Of a stretch of 64,000 nt of DNA, positions 19,232 through 29,623 are shown piece by piece. How positions within the stretch are numbered: the stretch's first letter is position 1; every line of letters begins with the position of its first letter. The stretch is from an uncultured bacterium (GTDB taxonomy: Bacteria > CSSED10-310 > CAZUFC01), in contig CAZUFC010000006.1 of NCBI GenBank assembly GCA_964619725.1, forward strand, positions 32,001-96,000, in the 5' to 3' direction. A program made the translations under genes and the position numbers. The notes beneath the pieces are model-generated. The model ran no database searches. It was not told the DNA's origin and saw only the letters and a list, made by a program, of their open reading frames with translations.

Positions 19232-20392
19232 TTACTTCCTCCGCCTTTTTTTTCTGATCATAAGAAGCGGAAAACCGGCCAAAAGAAGGAAAATTCCGAT
19301 GAAAGAGAGTGCCGGTGTTTGGATTTCGTCTGTAGCGTAGGCCATAACCGAGTCTGGGGGGTACCAGTCAGGAGCGTAATAAGCCAGGTAAAGGATGTCG
19401 CCGTTTTGCGCATGGGGTTCATATGGCCTGTCGCCGTATTTAAAACAAAGGCTTGATACTCCTTCGGCGGCCGGATATAGATCGTCGAACAGCACATGAT
19501 CGCCGGTATTTTTATCGACCTGGTAAACGGCGGCGACGCGTGGAGTGACGAACCAGTCGACGGAAGAGACGAACAAATCTCCTTCGATGTCCTGCGTAAT
19601 GTCATAGCCTCCGCCCAGCGCTGAGGTCAGGGTGGTGATTTCTCCCGGATCGTCGATACAATCGCGGTCATCGTTGACGTCTTCCAATCTGTAGACGTAT
19701 CCGCCGGAATCATTGGCGTAAATCACGTTCGGGTCCGCATTGTCGACGACCACCCCGCCCATACAGGCGTAAAGCGATTCCAAATCCATGGCATATGCCT
19801 GCAGCTCACCGGTATCCTTGCAATCATGGTCATCGTTTAAATCTTCCAGCACATAGATGTTGGCGCCGCCGGCACAGGTTGAGTTCGTTGCAAATATCTT
19901 AACATGAGCCGATTCCGGGCATAAACAGATATCCTGTATATTATCCATGGCATCAATCGCAATGAATTCAATCCATTCCCCGACATCATCGAAATCATCG
20001 TCCTCATTTATATCCTCCAGCCGAACGATGTACCCTTCGCCGTCCGGAAAGGATTCTTCCAGCGGATTGTTGTCCGCTATGTAAAATACGGGAATCATCC
20101 CAGAGTCATCGATTGCTATTGAACTAATGCTGCCGAATCCGTCTGCTACCAATTCAGCCGTTCCGGAAAATTCATCCATTCGATAAACCGCATCGGACAT
20201 GCCGTAACCGGGGTCCATTACCCCGTCTGAATCATGCGAAAAATACAATACGCCAAATGAATTCGTCGCCAAAGCTCCGTTTTCCGCGACATCGGTTGAA
20301 TATTCGGTCCTTACGTAACCAGTCGGCGGCTCCGCCAGAGCCGATCCGGTCATTATTAAAAAAACGGCCAGCGCCGCTGTCATCATTTTCAT
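19232..20392 (-). CDS. Secreted acidic beta-propeller-like protein with IPTL-CTERM-like anchor
   Basis: Signal peptide; three LED.N.D.D..D..GE loops; TPALSFIGIFLLLAGFPLLMIRKKRRRK tail; AGGAGG SD. Confidence 0.7.
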   Translation of the reverse strand: MKMMTAALAVFLIMTGSALAEPPTGYVRTEYSTDVAENGALATNSFGVLYFSHDSDGVMDPGYGMSDAVYRMDEFSGTAELVADGFGSISSIAIDDSGMIPVFYIADNNPLEESFPDGEGYIVRLEDINEDDDFDDVGEWIEFIAIDAMDNIQDICLCPESAHVKIFATNSTCAGGANIYVLEDLNDDHDCKDTGELQAYAMDLESLYACMGGVVVDNADPNVIYANDSGGYVYRLEDVNDDRDCIDDPGEITTLTSALGGGYDITQDIEGDLFVSSVDWFVTPRVAAVYQVDKNTGDHVLFDDLYPAAEGVSSLCFKYGDRPYEPHAQNGDILYLAYYAPDWYPPDSVMAYATDEIQTPALSFIGIFLLLAGFPLLMIRKKRRRK

Positions 20393-20864
20393 CGTTACTC
20401 CTCCTTCTTCTGGTTAGTTTTTGTCCATAAACAGCGAATTTCCCCCAATGCTCCGTTAGGCTGCGGATTTGCTCAGTCAACGTACAATAAATACGACTCC
20501 TTTGCAAATGCTTGCCTTCCTTGCCTTAAGGAAAATTCGTTCGTTTATGGATCAAAAACCGCAGTGACTGTCCTGCATTAAATTTTGAATCGAGATTCGA
20601 GTTTGCGGACAGTCACTGGTTAACATTAGAAACATGAAATGCAATTCCCAGGATTGCCTGGTTTTATCCTTTCCCCGTTCATCACCTCCCCTGGGCTCGC
20701 TTTTCCGGCTTCCTGTGCACATAAGGACTCTCCGGCTGCAAAACAGGTTTTGCGTGCGAGCTGTAAAAATGTCGGGGCTGTTAATAAAATGAATAAGAGT
20801 CGAAATGGATGATCGACAAAACACAGCTTTCTCACCTCGCCCCTCGAAGGGTCAAAAGTCAGCA

Positions 20865-21049
20865 ATCGGTTGGGTTTCCTGGCTTCCGGATCATCCTACT
20901 TCCTGAGCCTTCCCGGCGTGCATCTTGAAGCGCCAGTGGCATAAGACAGGTTTCGTCCCCGGTTACAGTTGCGGGTCAGCGCCGGCTTTTCACCGGCTTC
21001 CCCGATTCCCTGGCGGGACTCCCGACTGCAGTAAGGAATCATTGCCGAT
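20865..21049 (-). ncRNA. Cobalamin (AdoCbl) riboswitch
   Basis: Minus strand GGGAAGCCGGTGAAAAGCCGGCGCTGACCCGCAACTGTAA, GCCACTG, GGGAAGG, AAGCCAGGAAACC (B12 box); P1 ATCGG/CCGAT. Confidence 0.93.
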
Positions 21050-21052
21050 AAT

Positions 21053-21081
21053 GTTATAATGATGAAAAGACCGTTTGTCAA
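21053..21081 (-). promoter_or_regulatory. Sigma70 promoter of the riboswitch leader
   Basis: TTGACA-N17-TATAAC directly upstream of P1. Confidence 0.75.
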
Positions 21082-21262
21082 TCGGCAGATTTCCTGCTTC
21101 TTCCTGCAGGCTTTGTTTTACTTTTTCCGAAATTATGAAAATGATGAATAGATTAAAATTGCAGATTCTTTCTTTTTAAAAACGTCATTAACTTAACGGC
21201 GCCTGTCGACAAAGTCATTTATAGTTTGAGATGCTATGGAGTACAGGCGAGGTTCAGAATAA

Positions 21263-21475
21263 TTACGAGGGAGCGGAGGGAGTAGCTGTTCTTTCAACCG
21301 CAGGAGATGGCGTCCCTTCCGGCGCTGCCTCCTGTTTTCCCATGAGCTTGCCGGTCAATATCACATAAATGAAAGCGATCAGGATAGCTCCGCCCAGCAT
21401 AACGTATTCCCAGGTCTTGATTCGTTCGCTGGGTTTCTTTTTTTTCTTTCCTTTATAAGGTTTAACTCTTGCCAT
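21263..21475 (-). CDS. Small single-pass membrane protein
   Basis: Lys-rich N-terminus, one hydrophobic helix, P/A/T-rich tail. Confidence 0.6.
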   Translation of the reverse strand: MARVKPYKGKKKKKPSERIKTWEYVMLGGAILIAFIYVILTGKLMGKQEAAPEGTPSPAVERTATPSAPS

Positions 21476-21691
21476 TGATTAAATCGGGCCCCCTTTCTCA
21501 ATCGTCTGAAAATCAAGAATCAAACGGTATTCTCACCGATTACGTCCGATATGCGATAGTCAAAATAAGTCAACCTTGGAAGCCGGCGGTCAGTCCGGCA
21601 TCAGGACTTCGGTTTCATGATGCCTAAAAAGGAGGGAAGAATGCAAGTGTTTGACCGGTCCCCATTTTTCAGTGATGAAAATTTGCTCATC

Positions 21692-21720
21692 TTGACAATC
21701 GCTGGAGGATTTTTTACCCT
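21692..21720 (+). promoter_or_regulatory. Candidate sigma70 promoter of smpB
   Basis: TTGACA-N17-TACCCT. Confidence 0.5.
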
Positions 21721-21786
21721 TCTTTGAGGCATTGAACGGCAATAAACATGAGATTTAACGAAAAAAAAACGAAATAAGCAAGAATC

Positions 21787-22257
21787 ATGGGCATCAAAAT
21801 AGTTTCAAAAAATAAAAAAGCTTACGCTGATTTCCAGATTGACGAAAAATATGAGGCGGGTCTGGTGTTACAGGGAACCGAGGTGAAATCGTTGCGTGAG
21901 GGCAGAATCAGTTTAAAAGAGAGTTATGCGGGATTCAATCAGGACGGAGAAGTATATCTGTATCACTGTCATATTCCCGAATACCGTTTCGGCAACAGGG
22001 CGAATCACGAACCGTTAAGACCGAGAAAGTTGCTTTTGAAAAAGGAAGAAATAAGAAGATTGAACGGCAAAGTAAAAGAACGGGGCTACACGCTGATTCC
22101 TCTCAGCATTTACTTCAATGAAAAGGGACTGGTCAAGGCGGAAATCGGATTAGCCAGAGGAAAACGGAAGTATGACAAGCGGGCGGCCATAAAGGAGCGG
22201 GATTTGAAACGGGAAGAGGAGAGGGAATTGAAAGAGATGCGCACTCGCTACAGTTGA
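21787..22257 (+). CDS. smpB: SsrA-binding protein SmpB
   Basis: NKKA, YEAGLVLQGTEVKSLR, NHEPLRPRKLLL, GKRKYDKR. Confidence 0.98.
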   Translation: MGIKIVSKNKKAYADFQIDEKYEAGLVLQGTEVKSLREGRISLKESYAGFNQDGEVYLYHCHIPEYRFGNRANHEPLRPRKLLLKKEEIRRLNGKVKERGYTLIPLSIYFNEKGLVKAEIGLARGKRKYDKRAAIKERDLKREEERELKEMRTRYS

Positions 22258-22349
22258 TGAACTGGAAGAGACGATATGAACTGAATACGATCTGAGATCG
22301 TCAATTTGAGGGACAATTGCTGTTAGTTTCAGATGAAAGGATGCGCAGC

Positions 22350-23246
22350 ATGAGAAAAATAAAAATTTTAATGCTGACCGGTTTTATTTTTCTGACAGGA
22401 GAAATTTTCAATCATCAGACTGTCGTCGCAGCGGATTTTTCCATCGGTGTGAAGTACTGGATGTCAGCCTGGGAAATATCCGGAATGCCGCTGTATTTTC
22501 CGGTCAATCTGGAAATATCGTACGGCGGGGAATCTTACAGCATAAGCCCTCATTGGGTGTATGCGGACCAAATGGAAATCGAGGGACCGGGATTGCCGGG
22601 GGTAACGGCCCTGTTCAAACCGGCTGCTGATTGGGCGCTGGCGGTCAGTTTTCTTCAGGGCAATTATGATTTCGACATCGATCAGACGTTTATGGAAGAG
22701 TTTGAAGGCGCTGCCGCGGAAACCCGTATAGAAAAAAGATTCAACGTGGAGCGCCGTGATATTGATATAACCCTGAGTTATATCATGACGCCCAGCGTAT
22801 CCTTTTTCGCGGGTTTAAAATATTTAAGCTATTCGTACGGCCGACAGATCAAGGAGACGTTCACAGAGGGCTCCATCGGTCCCTTTACTCAAAGGTCTCA
22901 GGTCTATCCCGTAGAATTTCCTTCGTATAAAGCCGAATACCGGGGAGGCGGAGCCGGCGCCACTTTTTTCAAGGTACTGGGTAATTCACGGTTCAGTTTC
23001 TTTTCGGCGGTATCAGCTATGCCCTGGTTCATAGTTTCAACGTCCGGCGATGACAGGTTCGACGATTCGCAGGGTTGGGCCGCCACAGGAGAAGCCGGTT
23101 TCGGCTATACGCTGGGTCGCCTGCCGCTGTCGTTGAAATTGTCCTATAAGTACCAGAAATTCGATGGTTTTGAATTGAAAGAAGTGGATGAAACAGAAGA
23201 CAGCGCTTATTCCGGAGCAGTTCTTGCCGCAAGCTGGATGTTTTGA
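22350..23246 (+). CDS. Outer-membrane beta-barrel protein
   Basis: Signal peptide, amphipathic strands, C-terminal aromatic (ASWMF). Confidence 0.65.
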   Translation: MRKIKILMLTGFIFLTGEIFNHQTVVAADFSIGVKYWMSAWEISGMPLYFPVNLEISYGGESYSISPHWVYADQMEIEGPGLPGVTALFKPAADWALAVSFLQGNYDFDIDQTFMEEFEGAAAETRIEKRFNVERRDIDITLSYIMTPSVSFFAGLKYLSYSYGRQIKETFTEGSIGPFTQRSQVYPVEFPSYKAEYRGGGAGATFFKVLGNSRFSFFSAVSAMPWFIVSTSGDDRFDDSQGWAATGEAGFGYTLGRLPLSLKLSYKYQKFDGFELKEVDETEDSAYSGAVLAASWMF

Positions 23247-23353
23247 GGACTTCCGTAGAGAAGACATTAAGGGAACATTCGTTTTCGTCGTCAGGAAAGG
23301 GTTTTTGCGCAACAGGCGAACATGGAAAAATAAAGGATACATTGCAGTCAAAG

Positions 23354-24736
23354 ATGAAAAAGAAATATTCGATTTTTACAGTTTGGGCATTGATAAGCTT
23401 TTCCTGTTATTGGCCGGTTTTATGTCAGTCAGAGGATAAAGAACGACTCGAGCCTGTTTTCTCGACAACTGACGATTCCGGTGCAGGCATGGAAAAAGAA
23501 ATGAATCTTGAAGAAGTTATTGAGACAGCGTTGGCCAATAATCCGGAAATCGCTGCGAAGGAATGGGATGTAAAGGCTTCTCAGGCAAAGGCGGAACAGG
23601 TATACGGAAAGCGGTTTCCCCGTATAGGTATGGTCGGCGGATATTCTCATTCGCTTAAGCCGCAACGTCTTTTCGGGTCCGTGATGTCGGGCGATTCTGC
23701 GATTTTCAGCCGCGATATTGTCACAAGTGACCTGACATTTTCCCTGCCGCTGTTCACTGCGGGTCGATTGACGGACGAGCTAAAAGCGGCTCAACTGCTT
23801 AAGGATGCATCCGCATATAGATTGGCTCGGAACAGGAGGGAACTGGAATTCAATATAACCAGCGTATTTTTCGGAATTCTCGTGCAGAAGCGCGTTATAA
23901 GATCGCTTGAGTTTTCCTACCAGGCGCTGGAGGAGCATCTGAACCGGATTGATGAACTGGTAAAAGCGGAAAAGGCTGCTCGAGTGGATCGGATGCGGGT
24001 GGAGGTGCGTCTTGCGAATATCCGGCAGGAAAAGGTTCGGGCTGAAAATTTAATGGTTGTTCAATGTCGTGTTCTGGCAAGTCTGGCAGGGTTGGAAAAC
24101 CCTTCGGAAAATATATATCCACGAGGCAATCTGGAGGAAGCAACGATCAGTCCGTTGCCTGATTTGGAGGATGCGCTCTCAACAGCGAGGAATAATCGAA
24201 AAGATTATCTCGCGGCGAAGGCAGAAAAGGCGGCACAGGTATCGAATCTGGAAGCGGCAGCGTCAGAACGTTATCCTATGTTTTCTGTTAAGGGGACTTA
24301 CGGCGGTCGATGGGCTTTGGGCGCGATAAACGGATCGGGTGACAGGGAAGGGGATGTTGGACAAATTGCCATGGTGATGGAAATACCAATATTTGAAGGC
24401 GGAAGCCTAAGCGGGAGAATCCGTGAAATGCGTTTCCGTGTTGCGGCTGCCGGGGAACGGCTTCGGGCCTTGGATTATGAATTGAGACTGGAAGTGGAAA
24501 CAGCGTTGCTTAATGTGGAGTCACAGCGTGAGCGGGCGAAAGCTATTCATAAGTCCATAGAGCAGGCGAGGGAGAATCTGAGTATCGAGAAACAGAAATA
24601 TGAATTAGGCAGTGGTGCGGTAGTGGATGTGCTGGATGCCCAGGCCGACCTTTTGGAGATAGAAACGACTTATAGCCGGGTGTTGGCTGAGCTTCAAACA
24701 TCACTGGCTCAACTGAGACTGGCGACAGGTGAATGA
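23354..24736 (+). CDS. TolC-family outer-membrane efflux protein
   Basis: LEEVIETALANNP, SLPLFTAG, IPIFEGG, YELG...VDVLDAQ. Confidence 0.9.
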   Translation: MKKKYSIFTVWALISFSCYWPVLCQSEDKERLEPVFSTTDDSGAGMEKEMNLEEVIETALANNPEIAAKEWDVKASQAKAEQVYGKRFPRIGMVGGYSHSLKPQRLFGSVMSGDSAIFSRDIVTSDLTFSLPLFTAGRLTDELKAAQLLKDASAYRLARNRRELEFNITSVFFGILVQKRVIRSLEFSYQALEEHLNRIDELVKAEKAARVDRMRVEVRLANIRQEKVRAENLMVVQCRVLASLAGLENPSENIYPRGNLEEATISPLPDLEDALSTARNNRKDYLAAKAEKAAQVSNLEAAASERYPMFSVKGTYGGRWALGAINGSGDREGDVGQIAMVMEIPIFEGGSLSGRIREMRFRVAAAGERLRALDYELRLEVETALLNVESQRERAKAIHKSIEQARENLSIEKQKYELGSGAVVDVLDAQADLLEIETTYSRVLAELQTSLAQLRLATGE

Positions 24737-25878
24737 TGGAATTGCAGACAATGCTGATCAGATGGCTATCGCTAACTATTATAGCGGGAATGTTGACGTC
24801 ATGCGGCGGTCCGCCGGGAAAGCCTGAAGCGAAACGTTCCCAGGAAGAAAAAAAACGTTTCCAGGCAGTGGAAGTGATTACGGCAGCAGTAGCGAGCATA
24901 TCGCAATATCTGGAGCTGACGGGTTCGGTGGAGCCATATAGGACCGCCAGACTGGCATCGCCCGCAGAAGGTCCTGTTTCACATATCTGGGTAAGGGAAG
25001 GGGACCCGGTGAAAGCCGGTGATTCGCTTCTTTCCATTGGTCGAAAGGAAGGCATTGAGGCGCTGATAGCATCACTCCAGAAAGATATTAAAAAGGAGCA
25101 GGAGAATCTGGAAAGAACCAGGCGTTTAGTGCAAAGCGAGGCGCTTCCCGGCGAACGATTGGACGAAGTTCGTTCTGCAGTGGAGAGAATTCGCGCTCAA
25201 TTGGTCAAAGCGAAGGAAACTGCCGGTGATTATTCCATAACAGCGCCTTGGGACGGGATAGTCTCCGATGTGCTGGTAAGGGAAGGCGAATTCACGGCGC
25301 CTCGAACGAATTTAATGGAGTTATATGATCCTTCAAGTTTGGTCATTCGCTGCGGAATACCGGAACAGCATGCCGTTGAGATAAAAGTGGGCATGCGTGT
25401 TGAAGCGCGATTGGATGCCTATCCGCGAGATATTCTGCAAGCCCGCGTGACGCGAGTTTTTCCATATTTAGACCCGCATTTTCGAACCCGGCCCGTTGAA
25501 ATCGTGCCTGACAAGGCAGTCGATCTTCTTCCAGGGATGTTCGCCAGGTTGAAAATATTGATTAAAAAAGAAGAAGACGCACTTGTCTTGCCCTTGGATG
25601 CAGTCATAACGACAGCAGAAGGACCGATGGTGTTTATCGTTGAGGACGGCAGGGCGGTTGTGCGTATGGTAGAAACCGGAATTGAAGATGCCGACAGGAT
25701 TCAGATTCTCACCAATGTGGAACCGGGCGAAAAGGTGATAGTATCCGGCAATGTAAATCTGAAAAACGGCGTTCCTGTGCGGCCTGCAGGAAAAGAATCT
25801 TCAGGTAATAACAAGCAGTCCGAAAGACCGGTTTTGCCCATGAAAAAGCAATCCGGCATGACCGGTGAGAAGAAATGA
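24733..25878 (+). CDS. RND efflux periplasmic adaptor (MFP), lipoprotein
   Basis: LTSC lipobox, VREGDPVKAG, ITAPWDG, LLPGMFA. Confidence 0.92.
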   Translation: MMELQTMLIRWLSLTIIAGMLTSCGGPPGKPEAKRSQEEKKRFQAVEVITAAVASISQYLELTGSVEPYRTARLASPAEGPVSHIWVREGDPVKAGDSLLSIGRKEGIEALIASLQKDIKKEQENLERTRRLVQSEALPGERLDEVRSAVERIRAQLVKAKETAGDYSITAPWDGIVSDVLVREGEFTAPRTNLMELYDPSSLVIRCGIPEQHAVEIKVGMRVEARLDAYPRDILQARVTRVFPYLDPHFRTRPVEIVPDKAVDLLPGMFARLKILIKKEEDALVLPLDAVITTAEGPMVFIVEDGRAVVRMVETGIEDADRIQILTNVEPGEKVIVSGNVNLKNGVPVRPAGKESSGNNKQSERPVLPMKKQSGMTGEKK

Positions 25879-28800
25879 AAATAACTCATTATGCCATCAA
25901 TCGCCGCCTGGCTGCCGCCGCTATACTCGTCGTTTTAATTGTCCTCGGAATTTACGGATATCGAAGAATCTCTGTGGATTATCTGCCGGCGATAACTTAT
26001 CCTCTCATAAAGCTGCAGATCAGGTGGCCTGCAGCTACGCCGGAGGAAATCGATGCGGATATAGCTGAACCCGTTGAAAGAATTATGGCTACAATTGACC
26101 GACTGGACTATATTGAATCCTCAGCTTTGGAAGGATTGTATTCTCTGGACGTTCATTTTGAATACGGTACGAATATCGATGTGGCTTTCCAGGATGTGCT
26201 GGCCGCATTAACTCGCGCCCAGCGAGGACTTCCCCCGGACATCGAACCGCCCTTCGTGTTTAAAGCCGACCCTTCTCAGCTTCCGGTAATGAGGTTGACG
26301 GTCAGTTCTGAAACCTGGAACGTCGTTGAGCTCAGAGAGTGGGCTGATAACTGGTCGCAGGATCGAATTCTTGCTGTTGCGGGTGTGGCCGGCGTTGAGA
26401 TCATCGGCGGCCTGGCGCGTGAAATAAGAATTCAAATAGACCCGGAAACGCTTGAAAAATATTCTTTCACACTCGATTCTGTAATCAGTCGGATATCGAA
26501 GGAAAACATAGATTTGACAGCCGGACGCGTGACTGTGGGTTCCCGTGAAATTATCGCCCGTACCATAGGAGAATTTACGAGTCTGGAGGATATCCGCAAT
26601 ATTGTGCTCTCGGATGAAGGACATAAAAAAGTCTATCTTCGCGATATCGCTGATGTAGTTGATAGTCATGAAGAAGCGCGAATCATCACCCGCTTTAACC
26701 AAGAGACGTGTGTAACCTTATCGGTACTCAAACAGGCCGAAGCGAATACGGTCGAAACGGCCAATGCCGTCGATCTGGCCCTGAAAGAATTGCAGCCTGC
26801 TCTGCCTGCAGGTATTCAGCTCGATTACGTGGAAAATCAGGCGGTCTATGTGACGCAGGCTCTGGCGGGAGTGCGTAATGCCGCAATCGCAGCCGCTGTG
26901 CTCTTGATATTGGTGATTTATTTCTTCCTGGGCAGCGTAAGACAAGTATTGGTAATGATCATTGCTCTTCCGTCAACTTTGATTGTGAATTTCGGGTTCA
27001 TGAAACTGGCCGGCTTTTCGCTTAATATCTTCTCTCTCGGCGGATTAGTCGTAGCCATCGGCGTAGTGCTGGACAATTCCACTGTCGTGCTTGAAAACAT
27101 TACTCGAATGAAACGGAAAAAAACAGATCAGAAGCTTGTGGTAACCGCAGAGGAAGCGACAGGTGATGTGGGTCCTGCTCTTGTCGCTGCAACTCTTTCT
27201 TTTTTGGCGCTGTTCATGCCGTTTCTCATCGTTCCGGGACTGATCAGCCTTCTCTTTCGGGAGCTGATCTTCGTTATCGCAGGTATTGTGGTAATAAGCC
27301 TTGCAGTAGCTGCTACAACGACTCCGATGCTCGCAGCAATACTTTTAGGTGAAGGCCGGTCTGACATAGGGACAGGATGGTTCGAACGCTTCTTTGCACG
27401 GATTACGGCGGATTACGGCAAAGGGCTGAACAGGATTATCCGCCGGCGATGGGGAGTCATAGCGATCTTTATAATCGCATTAGCGGCAGCATATGCTTTG
27501 CTTGGAAGCCTGGGAGGAGAATTCCTTCCCCTGATTGATGACGGTCGGATTATGATCAAAACCAGAATGGCTACCGGTTCCTCGCTGAAGAAAACAGACG
27601 CCGTTCTTCGCAGGATAGAAAAGAAAATCGCTGAGGAGCCGCTTATTCAGAGTATATTCACGCTGGCTGGAGGACGATTGCAGGGATTGACCATTTTAGA
27701 AATCGCCGCTGAAGGTGAAATTAACCTTCAGCTTATACCTCTCAACGAGCGAAACGTCTCCACAAGCGAATATGTCCTCCGCTTGCGTCGGATCATAGGC
27801 AATATTCGGGTGCCCGGCGGAAAGATAATGGTCAGACAGATGCCCATCCGAGGCATACCGGGTATGCGGCAATCGGATATAATTTTGTATGTTCGCGGAC
27901 AAAAAACGGACGTGTTGTCCGGCATTGCAGAACAGGCTGCGCAAACCCTTTCCGATTTGGATTCATTCCAGAACGTGATCGTTTCCATGGATATCTCCAA
28001 ACCCGAATTCCAGGTGAGAATGGATCGGGCAAAAGCAACGGACCGGGGGCTCTCGGCATCAGAAGCAGCAAGATCGTTGCGCACGCTTATTACCGGAAAC
28101 GTCGTCACTCGATACCGTGACGGAACAGAATATTTCAATGTAAGAGTAATAGTTCCGGCAGAACGCCTCCGTTCACGTGAGGATGTTGCGAACCTTCCCG
28201 TCACGGGCTCCCGGGTGCCTCCCGTCAGGGTGAGAGATATCGCTTCCGTGGTCAGATCATACGGTCCCGTTGAAATTATAAGAAATAACCAGATAAAACA
28301 AATAACTGTGGAAGCGGACATCACAGGAGCGAATCTGGCCGGCGCCGTGAATAAATTGAAACAAACTTTTGCCGGAATAGACCTTCCCACGGGATATGAA
28401 TTCGATGTCGGCGGTCAGGCTGAACTTATGACGGAGATGAAAGAAACCATCCTGGCTGTTCTCGCATTCGCTTTGTTCTTTGCTTTTGTCGTTCTGACCG
28501 TTCAGTTCAACAGCCTTAAACTCCCCCTGCTGATTTTGGGCAGCATACCCTTCTGTCTGGCTGGAGTCGTCTTCGGCATGTACCTGGTAAATTTGCCGTT
28601 AGGAGCCACGGTGATCATCGGCGTTCTGGTTGTTGTTGCAGCAACCGTCAATGACGGCGTACTGCTTTTGACTTCAGCAGGCGAATTGCAGAAACGTCAG
28701 AGTTATCCTCCGCGCAAAGCCGTCGTCGAAGCTGCAAGCATACGCCTGCGTCCCAGAATCATGACCTCCATGACGACAATGGTTGGGTTCCTGCCGCTCG

Positions 28801-28958
28801 CCCTCAACCTGGAAGAGGGAGGCGATATGCTGCAGCCTATGGCTGTCGCCGCCATCGGCGGTATGATGATGGAAATCCTTGTGGCACTCATTCTGATTCC
28901 CTCTCTCTACGTCATCTTTTCCCGCACGCTGCTTTCTTCTGAATCCATTGGAGAATAA
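25875..28958 (+). CDS. RND efflux permease (AcrB/AcrD/AcrF family)
   Basis: LNIFSLGGL..AIG.VLDN, RLRPRIMT, PMAVAAIGG; about 1030 aa. Confidence 0.95.
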   Translation: MKITHYAINRRLAAAAILVVLIVLGIYGYRRISVDYLPAITYPLIKLQIRWPAATPEEIDADIAEPVERIMATIDRLDYIESSALEGLYSLDVHFEYGTNIDVAFQDVLAALTRAQRGLPPDIEPPFVFKADPSQLPVMRLTVSSETWNVVELREWADNWSQDRILAVAGVAGVEIIGGLAREIRIQIDPETLEKYSFTLDSVISRISKENIDLTAGRVTVGSREIIARTIGEFTSLEDIRNIVLSDEGHKKVYLRDIADVVDSHEEARIITRFNQETCVTLSVLKQAEANTVETANAVDLALKELQPALPAGIQLDYVENQAVYVTQALAGVRNAAIAAAVLLILVIYFFLGSVRQVLVMIIALPSTLIVNFGFMKLAGFSLNIFSLGGLVVAIGVVLDNSTVVLENITRMKRKKTDQKLVVTAEEATGDVGPALVAATLSFLALFMPFLIVPGLISLLFRELIFVIAGIVVISLAVAATTTPMLAAILLGEGRSDIGTGWFERFFARITADYGKGLNRIIRRRWGVIAIFIIALAAAYALLGSLGGEFLPLIDDGRIMIKTRMATGSSLKKTDAVLRRIEKKIAEEPLIQSIFTLAGGRLQGLTILEIAAEGEINLQLIPLNERNVSTSEYVLRLRRIIGNIRVPGGKIMVRQMPIRGIPGMRQSDIILYVRGQKTDVLSGIAEQAAQTLSDLDSFQNVIVSMDISKPEFQVRMDRAKATDRGLSASEAARSLRTLITGNVVTRYRDGTEYFNVRVIVPAERLRSREDVANLPVTGSRVPPVRVRDIASVVRSYGPVEIIRNNQIKQITVEADITGANLAGAVNKLKQTFAGIDLPTGYEFDVGGQAELMTEMKETILAVLAFALFFAFVVLTVQFNSLKLPLLILGSIPFCLAGVVFGMYLVNLPLGATVIIGVLVVVAATVNDGVLLLTSAGELQKRQSYPPRKAVVEAASIRLRPRIMTSMTTMVGFLPLALNLEEGGDMLQPMAVAAIGGMMMEILVALILIPSLYVIFSRTLLSSESIGE

Positions 28959-29008
28959 TGTATACCTGAAATTCTTTGTAACTTAGCTCCATCAAATAAA
29001 CAAAAGCA

Positions 29009-29623
29009 TCATATGAATGAAAGTTGCTTACCTTTTACAGGATCATAGTCTTTTTCGTCAGAAACGCCCTCAGACAACTCATCTCCCCATTGATACCAGC
29101 CTTTCCTTTTATGTCTGGCGAACAACTCCAGAAAAGGCCCAGGGCTGCACTCTTCGATGATTTTGTATATTTCTTCAGGCTTTCTAGAATGTTCTCTTTT
29201 CCGTGACCGTATTATATTGACTTGTCTTCGTCCCGGTGGTTTTGTTCTTTTTTTTCCACGAATTCCAAAAAGCACCAGCTCTGTAACGTTTCGAAAGTAA
29301 AAACCGACTCCTCTGCCGTCGGGACCCCCATCTTTACGGATTTTATACCAGACTAAATTGGTTTTATAATTAAATCCCCAAGCATCTATGACTTCGAGCC
29401 CCCATTTCAGAAGCGCGTTCGGGACCCACAGATACAGATGGGACTCCTCCGCTACTATTTCTGGAATAGGTAATTGTTTTATTTCTTTTAAAGTCAGCGT
29501 TTGATACCGATGTAACCTTCGATGTTCAGGCGCCATTTTACCCGTTCTGTTTTGGAAGCGCCAAGGCGGATCAGCCAGGACAGCGCCGAATTTTATGTCC
29601 CAATACTTTTTCAAATCATTCAT
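29009..29623 (-). CDS. MT-A70 family adenine methyltransferase
   Basis: LADPPW, SHLYLWVPN, WGFNYKTN.VW.K, REHSRKP, LELFAR. Confidence 0.92.
   Translation of the reverse strand: MNDLKKYWDIKFGAVLADPPWRFQNRTGKMAPEHRRLHRYQTLTLKEIKQLPIPEIVAEESHLYLWVPNALLKWGLEVIDAWGFNYKTNLVWYKIRKDGGPDGRGVGFYFRNVTELVLFGIRGKKRTKPPGRRQVNIIRSRKREHSRKPEEIYKIIEECSPGPFLELFARHKRKGWYQWGDELSEGVSDEKDYDPVKGKQLSFI

Noticed and set aside
20502-20520. Sigma54-like GGCAAGCATTTGC on the minus strand
   Set aside because: GG-N9-GC spacing; sigma54 needs N10
21476-21786. tmRNA or riboswitch next to smpB (hairpin GGCATCA..CTTCGG..TGATGCC at about 21597-21624)
   Set aside because: No tRNA-like ends, tag reading frame or known aptamer consensus; a lone hairpin
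27728-28390. 220-aa antisense ORF in the RND permease
   Set aside because: Fully overlaps a well-supported gene; no motifs
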